From positions 2,944,001 to 3,008,000 of the forward strand of contig OZ244197.1 of NCBI GenBank assembly GCA_965216785.1: DNA of 64,000 bases, read 5' to 3'. This stretch comes from Thermodesulfobacteriota bacterium (GTDB lineage: Bacteria > Desulfobacterota_D > UBA1144 > Nemesobacterales > UBA2774). The translations under genes and the position numbers were made by a program. Below the pieces are notes generated by a model that saw only the letters and a list, made by a program, of their open reading frames with translations, was not told the DNA's origin and searched no databases. Of the stretch, positions 58,012 through 64,000 are shown piece by piece. Position 1 is the first letter of the stretch. Every line of letters begins with the position of its first letter.

Positions 58012-61000
58012 AAGTTTGAAGCTCGTCAAGCAACCCTCTGGCATCTCTTAAGTCTTTTGTCTCAAATCCTTCCTCAAACCAGCCGTAAGTCTTTGCAAGC
58101 ATCTCCCGGGCTTTTTCAGTTTTTCCTCTATTCCGTAGGCTGCTGCATAAGCTGGTAGTAGCACGAAGCTCTAATGATCTTGCTCCCAAGCTTTCCGCAA
58201 TCACGACTGCCTTTTGAAAGTAGGATTCTGACTCTTTATAATTGTCAGAAGAAATGCCGTTTGTCAGCTCCCCCTTAATTCTATGAAGCTCGGTTTCCAT
58301 CCAACGCTCACCAGAATTTTGTACAAACGCCAATGCCCCCTCTATAACCTCTAATCCCTCTTTGAATTTTCTAGCTCCAAGATATCTATCTGCTAATAAT
58401 CCCAAGAAATATGATTTTCCTGATGCTGATCCAATTGTTTCCATGTCATTCAATCCTTTGAGGATCTGCTTAATTCCGCTCTCTTTCTCATCTGTCTCGA
58501 CTTTAGACCAGCCTCTCATAATGTTTCCGAATGCTAACCAGAATGGAAACGCTTGGTCGGAGGAAAGGGAAATCAATTGCTCAGAAAGCTCTGAAGTATT
58601 ATGGCAATCGCCACAGAGCTGATAGATCACAGCCGAAAAGAATAGAGCCCAAGCCAGACTGAAAGGATGAGATAGATCACGTGCTAACGCCCGGGCTTCT
58701 TGGACTGTTATTAAACTCTTATCGGGTTTACCCAGTTGCCAAAGAGCCATCGCCTTATAAGACAAGCAAGCCACACCGGGGTCCGTCCATAACCAGGGAT
58801 AACGGGGTACTAGGGTATCGTATAGGGAATAGCCCTGTTCCATATGCTCATAACAATAATTAAACCTGCCCTGCGAATAAAACGTCTCTCCCAAAGCTAT
58901 GTGGGCCACTGTAATCAGACCCGGGTCTTTTAAGACTCGTGCCAGTCGCATCAGCCTCTCAGCCAGCTCTAGCGCCTCATCGTATTCTGCTCTTAGATAA
59001 TAAAAGACATGGAGACCCATCAATGCCGGGAAATATTGCGGAAATTCACCAAGTTCACTACACAGTTCCCTTGCCCTACTATATGTTCTCTCAACTTCTT
59101 TAGAAGAATAACCCATAATAGCTATAAGCGGTGAGCCAAGGGTAATGAGTATCTCAAGCTCTTTATTGCGGTTATCAGGAGTATCCGGCAGACTTTTGAC
59201 TAATTCAAGTGCTTTTTCTAAATGTCTTATTGCCTCAATATTAGCACTATGGCCTATCGCCTTTTGACCTGCTGTAAACCAATAAGAAATCGATTTTTCA
59301 AAGAGGTTTGCCTGTGTAAAATGATGTCCCAATAGCTCAGGATGATTCTCGCACTTTTCAGGGAAACTCTCTTCCAATACACGGGCAATTTTTTGATGAT
59401 ACTGCTGTCTTTTTCTTTTTGAGAGTGATTGATATGCGGTGTCTTGAACAAGTGCATGTTTGAAAATGTATGTACTATCGGGGAAATCTCCACTCTTATA
59501 GAGGAGTTCTGCCCCTTCTAGAAGCTCAAGCTGTTTCTCCAAAGCGGGTTTGTCTAATTCCGAAACAGCCTCTATCATTTCATATGTAAACGAGCGCCCT
59601 ATCACAGCTCCCAATTGTGCTAGTTCTTTCGCCATAGCAAGGCGGTCAAGTCTGGACATTAAAGAGCCGTAAAGTGTGGACGGTACTTGATCTAACGGAA
59701 GTGGTATAAAGCCCTCAGAATCGTCTGTTCTTTCTTTAATTGTGCCCGTTTCGAGGATCATTTTTGTCAACTCTTCGACGAAAAAGGGTATTCCATCTGT
59801 TTTGTTTACTATCGCGTTTGCCAATTTATCAGGAAGAACTTTGCCTCTCGTAAGATAATGGACCATTTCTTCTACTTCATATCTGTTCAAACGGTTAAGT
59901 GTGATTGATGATAAATTGGAGCTGCTAACCCAAGGCGGGATGAATTGCGGTCTAAAAGTCAGAAGAGCAAGAATTTCGGAATTTTGAGCATTCTCTACTA
60001 GGAAACTTAAAAATTCCAATGTCGAGGGATCTGACCAATGTAAATCCTCTACTATAAATAATAACGGTTGCTTTGCAGCTTCTTTAATGAGCAAGCTATT
60101 TAATGCTTCTATTGTCTCCTGTTTTTGTCTTTGAGGGCTCAAACTCAGAGGTTCATAACCATTGGGTAACGGAAGAGAAAGAAGCTCCGTAAACAGTGGG
60201 AGAGTTTCTTTAAGAGGTAAATCGTATGATTCTAAGCATTCTTCAAGTTTCTTCAGTTTTCTCTGAGCGGTATCGTCTTTACGGTAGCCCAATAAGTTCT
60301 GGAGAAAAGAACTGATAGGATTAAATGGAGTATTTTGGTCATAAGGTGAACATCGAGATTCAAATTTGTTGCATAGCTCAGGTATCAATCGTTCTTTTAG
60401 CACATCTACAAGTCTGGACTTTCCTATGCCGGCTTCACCACTGAGTAAAATCACATGTCCTACTCCATTCTTAACACCTTCCCAATGCTCTAGGAGTAAT
60501 TTAACCTCATCCTCTCTCCCCACAAGTGGTGTTAACCCTTTGACGGCTGCTATATCCAGTGGACTCTCCACATCACTTCGGCGGAGTACAGAATATAATT
60601 CCATTGGCTTTGAGTAGCCTCTGAGATTATATGAACCTAAAGATTGACAGACAAAATATCCTTCTATCAGTTTATAAGTTGCCTCGCTTACTATTATGCA
60701 GTTAGGTTCGGCAATATCCTTTAACCTTGCAGCGATATTTGGTGTTACTCCCATGGCCAGGGATTCATGTTTTTCCTCTTTTTCCATTCCCCCAACAACT
60801 ACTAATCCCGTGTGAATCCCTATTCGAACATTAAGTTGCTGCTTCCTATCGAATTTTGAATTATGACGTTTTATCCCCTGGAGTATTCCCAAACCCGCAT
60901 GCATTGCACGCTTAGCGTCATCCTCGTGGGCAATCGGATAACCAAAATAAGCTAATACTCCATCGCCTAGATACTGTGCGATATAACCGTCAAAACTTCT

Positions 61001-61159
61001 TATGACTTTAGAACAAAGCTCTTGATAGATTAGTATTAATTCGCGCAATTCTTCAGGATCTAATCTCTCTGATAGAGTAGTCGAATCGACCAGATCACAA
61101 AACATTACGGTTAATCGACGTCTCTCAATTTCTTTGCCCTCGGGTTTATTATTACCCAT
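58004..61159 (-). CDS. Class III adenylate/guanylate cyclase - AAA (STAND) ATPase - TPR protein
   Basis: TVMFCDLVDST, QYLGDG, RIGIHTG, PNIAARL; LVGR..E, GEAGIGKS, EDLHWSD, GIPFFVEEL, FKHALVQD; helical repeats ending W.EEG..T.DL..A. Confidence 0.9.
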   Translation of the reverse strand: MGNNKPEGKEIERRRLTVMFCDLVDSTTLSERLDPEELRELILIYQELCSKVIRSFDGYIAQYLGDGVLAYFGYPIAHEDDAKRAMHAGLGILQGIKRHNSKFDRKQQLNVRIGIHTGLVVVGGMEKEEKHESLAMGVTPNIAARLKDIAEPNCIIVSEATYKLIEGYFVCQSLGSYNLRGYSKPMELYSVLRRSDVESPLDIAAVKGLTPLVGREDEVKLLLEHWEGVKNGVGHVILLSGEAGIGKSRLVDVLKERLIPELCNKFESRCSPYDQNTPFNPISSFLQNLLGYRKDDTAQRKLKKLEECLESYDLPLKETLPLFTELLSLPLPNGYEPLSLSPQRQKQETIEALNSLLIKEAAKQPLLFIVEDLHWSDPSTLEFLSFLVENAQNSEILALLTFRPQFIPPWVSSSNLSSITLNRLNRYEVEEMVHYLTRGKVLPDKLANAIVNKTDGIPFFVEELTKMILETGTIKERTDDSEGFIPLPLDQVPSTLYGSLMSRLDRLAMAKELAQLGAVIGRSFTYEMIEAVSELDKPALEKQLELLEGAELLYKSGDFPDSTYIFKHALVQDTAYQSLSKRKRQQYHQKIARVLEESFPEKCENHPELLGHHFTQANLFEKSISYWFTAGQKAIGHSANIEAIRHLEKALELVKSLPDTPDNRNKELEILITLGSPLIAIMGYSSKEVERTYSRARELCSELGEFPQYFPALMGLHVFYYLRAEYDEALELAERLMRLARVLKDPGLITVAHIALGETFYSQGRFNYCYEHMEQGYSLYDTLVPRYPWLWTDPGVACLSYKAMALWQLGKPDKSLITVQEARALARDLSHPFSLAWALFFSAVIYQLCGDCHNTSELSEQLISLSSDQAFPFWLAFGNIMRGWSKVETDEKESGIKQILKGLNDMETIGSASGKSYFLGLLADRYLGARKFKEGLEVIEGALAFVQNSGERWMETELHRIKGELTNGISSDNYKESESYFQKAVVIAESLGARSLELRATTSLCSSLRNRGKTEKAREMLAKTYGWFEEGFETKDLRDARGLLDELQTSS

Positions 61160-61444
61160 TGTCTAACCTCTTTACTCCGATCAAAAATATTAGCCGCATA
61201 AATACATTAACCTTTCAGACTATTTAAGACCCTATCTTATAATAATATAAAAATCATCAACATATAATTTGATACTTTCCGACTAGAATACGGAGTTCTA
61301 AGATTTTAATTTAGATTTTCAACAGAGAACCATATATAAATAAGGTTAGTAGTAAGGCCAGCACGCCTTGTACTCATTTTGATCTGACGTAATCTTATAC
61401 TTTTGAATTTCATCGCACCGTGTATTTTATATTTAGGTGTCTAA

Positions 61445-61496
61445 TGTCCTAGATATCGACACTCTCGCCCCCAATGTTATGTCATCAGGTTAGATA
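61445..61496. promoter_or_regulatory. Candidate activator binding sites TGTC-N9-GA(C/T)A
   Basis: 61445-61461 TGTCCTAGATATCGACA and 61480-61496 TGTCATCAGGTTAGATA; same 17-bp layout as the site at 56449. Confidence 0.4.
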
Positions 61497-61527
61497 ATTT
61501 TTGATTGGTTTGAGTGTATTACCTTGA

Positions 61528-61544
61528 TTGGCATATAGATTGCA
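61528..61544 (+). promoter_or_regulatory. Sigma-54 -24/-12 promoter
   Basis: TTGGCATATAGATTGCA, about 100 nt upstream of the ATG at 61645. Confidence 0.75.
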
Positions 61545-61644
61545 CATAAAAAATATTAGGAAAAGAAGATTAATATAATGTATTGGTATAGTTTGAAGAA
61601 GTATAGTTGAGTTATTTAAAAAAAATTCTTAGGAGGTAGAGGAA

Positions 61645-62517
61645 ATGAGAACGTTAAGAAACTTTTTTGTGCTCAGTGGTTCAAAATCCCCTTTGTTACT
61701 TATCAGCTTTGCTATGGTGAGTGTTTTGCTATTGATGACTACTCAAGCCCAGGCCGTAGCTTCCGGCACGCTGTTTTTAATGGATGACGTAGGGGACAAT
61801 TCTCTATACACGGTCAATACAACTACGGCTGCCTTGACTCTGGTCGGACCGGGCGGCTGCGACGGGCTTGCGCCCAGTGAAGATCCGACAAACTTCTTAT
61901 ATTGTGCTAATAACGTTCCGAACTTGTTTACAGTTGCAACAGACGGTAGTGGCCTTACATTCGTGGCTCCTATTGGCGGTGACGCTAACAGAGGTTTAGC
62001 TTTTAATACATCAAATGGCATGCTGTACGGAACCGATAATCAAGTCTTTGGGACTATTGACACGACAACAGGTGCTTTTTCGCCTTTAGCATCTCCGCCC
62101 GAAGAATCAGAGGCCTTGGCGGCTGATCCAAATAATAATCTGATTTACGCACTTGAAAGGGACGATAATGGGGATTTAATGGTCTACGATATCGGCGCTA
62201 ATACATGGGGTATTATTGGACCCACCGGTGTTGCTGACGGCGTACAAGCGGGCTTAGCCTTTGATCCGATAACTAATATCCTCTTTGCTGCTGATCGAGA
62301 TGGGGGTCTATACCGGATCAATCCATCAAATGGTGAAACAGTATTTATAGGGGACACCGGCATAGATGATCCGGTCGGCCTTGCATTCGTACCTAGAGAA
62401 ATATCTGCTATCCCTACTATGACACAATGGGGCATGATCATCTTTGTAGTGTTTGCAGGACTAGCAGCACTCTATTATATGAGAAGACGTCTGTACAAAC
62501 AGAGAGCGAGCTCTTAA
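61645..62517 (+). CDS. IPTL-CTERM sorted surface protein with beta-propeller-like repeats
   Basis: Signal peptide ending AQA; repeated GLA(F)....LY......L..I...G units; C-terminal IPTMTQWGMIIF-TM-RRR; AGGAGG RBS. Confidence 0.82.
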   Translation: MRTLRNFFVLSGSKSPLLLISFAMVSVLLLMTTQAQAVASGTLFLMDDVGDNSLYTVNTTTAALTLVGPGGCDGLAPSEDPTNFLYCANNVPNLFTVATDGSGLTFVAPIGGDANRGLAFNTSNGMLYGTDNQVFGTIDTTTGAFSPLASPPEESEALAADPNNNLIYALERDDNGDLMVYDIGANTWGIIGPTGVADGVQAGLAFDPITNILFAADRDGGLYRINPSNGETVFIGDTGIDDPVGLAFVPREISAIPTMTQWGMIIFVVFAGLAALYYMRRRLYKQRASS

Positions 62518-62689
62518 CAAAGTATCTAAATTTCTAGCCCAGCTTTATAATGCTTTCTGTACTCTCATTGGTTCTCTCTATATTACCGTTGCTTTGGGGA
62601 TTTTTTTTGGATTTGGGTGCTTTTTCAAAACAATTAAGAAGTATATTTAAGTTGGTAATTGTTCAAAAAAGACAAGAGGAGCGGGAGCA

Positions 62690-63015
62690 ATGAGGCGAAG
62701 GAGATGGGATTCTAAAACTAAAACGAAGATAGTACTTGATGGTTTATCTGGAAGACCAGTCTCAGAGATATGCAATTATTACGGAATACATCAAAACCAA
62801 TACTACACCTGGCGTGATAAGTTCCTATCTGAAGCTTATAGAGCCTTTGAATCTAAGAATGACATTGGAGAAATAGACCGTCTTCGCAAAGAGAACAAAG
62901 AACTAACAAAAATAATCGGTTCAATCTCTGTTGAATTAAAAAAAATAGAGGACGAGTTAATATGAGAAATCAGTCTGACTCTGTAGCTCTGCGTAACGAA
63001 CATCTGATTTGCTAA
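62690..63015 (+). mobile_element. Truncated IS3-family element (OrfA intact at 62690-62965, OrfB remnant)
   Basis: MRRRRWD...K.KIVL..L.G..VSEIC..YGI...QYY.W...F HTH plus leucine zipper; A8 slippery run at 62938-62945; ATGA-coupled ORF stops after 17 codons. Confidence 0.8.
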
Positions 63016-63051
63016 GTGGCCTGTCTCAACAGCAGAATGAAGGTAATTCCG

Positions 63052-63328
63052 TGTACTGCTCATCTTTTTTAATATTCTATTTAAGCTTCATTATGTCTTC
63101 TTAAGGGTTGTAAAGAAGGGATATAAATTAGTGGTTTTGTGAGCATAACGTAAGCGTGTTGAGGACTTAATCCGGGTGTTCTAATTAACTGCAGTTATTG
63201 AGTATATTGGAACTATAAAAGGGAGCCGAAGCTCCTAAATGTTTCCTTTAATCACCTGTACTGCTCCCCATTTTGTTAAACTCGATTTAAGCTTATATAT
63301 GTTTTCCTAATGGTAGAATAGAAGGGGG
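63052..63328 (+). repeat. Two diverged ~70-nt direct repeats starting TGTACTGCTC (IS3/IS150-end-like)
   Basis: 63052-63122 and 63257-63328 share TGTACTGCTC, ATTTAAGCTT, TATGT.TTC.TAA.GGT and AGAAGGG. Confidence 0.6.
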
Positions 63329-63336
63329 TATTTTCG

Positions 63337-64000
63337 ATGAGAACGCTGGTATTTGGTGCAGGCCCACTGGGTTGTCTTTATGCACATATTCTTGGTCAGG
63401 CAGGAAAGGATGTAACGATTCACGCGCGAGGTCAACGGTACGACTTCATTAAGGCCAATGGTCTTGTAAATCACTGGAGCTAAGGGGGGCTCGAAGGTTC
63501 AGGTAGTAGATGAACTGAAGGAGGACGATGAATACGATCTCGTGGTCGTTCTCATAAGAAAGAACAAGCTACCGCCTGTGTTTGAGGTTCTTCGGGCCAA
63601 TGCCAATATCAAGAACATCCTGTTCATGGGCAACAACGCAATTGGCTTTGAGCAGTACCTGCGGCACTTGCCTCAGGAGAAGTTGCTGTTTGGGTTTCCA
63701 GGTGCAGGAGGTGGGATTAGCGAACACACCGTCCATTACGTTGATCGAGAGAAGGCAGGCGAGAAGCGGAAACCCATAACTATCGGAGAAATCAACGGGG
63801 AGACCAAGGAGAGGACGCGGATAGTTAAATCGCTGTTTGAAACGAGCGGAGTTCCCGTTAAAATTGCTGGAGATATCGATGGGTGGTTGAAGTACCATGT
63901 CGCCTTGGTTCTTCCATTGGGGAATGCCCTCTACAAGCACGATTGCAACAACTACGCTCTCGCCAAAGACAAAAAGACGATTCGGACGATGGTACGAGCT
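63337..64000 (+). pseudogene. Frameshifted ketopantoate reductase (PanE/ApbA)-family gene, running off the window
   Basis: MRTLVFGAGPLGCLYA...ARGQR...NGLV stops at 63481-63483. Homology continues in another frame: ITG...YDLVVVLIRKN...LFMGNN...GFPGAGG...WLKYHVALV. Confidence 0.78.

Larger units (their letters stand above)
53101..64000. mobile_element. Putative genomic island inserted in dprA (other end outside the window)
   Basis: Abrupt dprA break at a TGT-starting sequence, accessory gene content, IS remnants and a pseudogene. No integrase or full transposase seen in the window. Confidence 0.6.

Noticed and set aside
58004-61159. Antiphage system (Pycsar or Avs) call for the cyclase-STAND protein
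   Set aside because: No adjacent cNMP-binding TIR/TM effector or nuclease domain; the architecture matches widespread signalling cyclases. A defence role is not excluded but is unsupported.
63569-63940. 123-aa minus-strand and 65-aa plus-strand ORFs
   Set aside because: Shadows of the frameshifted PanE-like gene, whose open frame is a different plus-strand frame.

Overview
Bacterial chromosomal window. It is deltaproteobacteria-like; the IPTL-CTERM protein and gene content tentatively suggest Ca. Dadabacteria (inference, not checked). About 1-53,100 is mostly core genome: gmk, manC, an arsR-arsM-AhpD-like-arsS-glycosyltransferase arsenosugar-type cluster, TlpA/CcdA, malic enzyme, a CDF transporter, a CusCBA-type efflux operon preceded by a Cys/His/Pro-Pro leader ORF, a diguanylate cyclase, the rimP-nusA-infB-rbfA-truB-rpsO-pnp-miaA block, an ECF sigma/anti-sigma/Spy-like operon, efp, mutL, ispG, topA, and ugd flanked by two atypical LuxR regulators. 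At about 53,100 dprA is broken and only its C-terminal part remains. From there an accessory island runs to the window end. It encodes a class III nucleotidyl cyclase-AAA-TPR protein and a GAF-domain sigma-54 activator, and carries two well-formed -24/-12 promoters with related TGT-N11-ACA sites nearby. One promoter drives an operon of exported/beta-barrel proteins plus an enone reductase, the other an IPTL-CTERM surface protein. IS3-family remnants and a frameshifted ketopantoate-reductase-family gene follow. The best candidate for an undescribed system is this putative cyclic-nucleotide -> GAF activator -> sigma-54 circuit. No rRNA, tRNA or CRISPR array was recognised. All calls are from reading the sequence; no searches were run.
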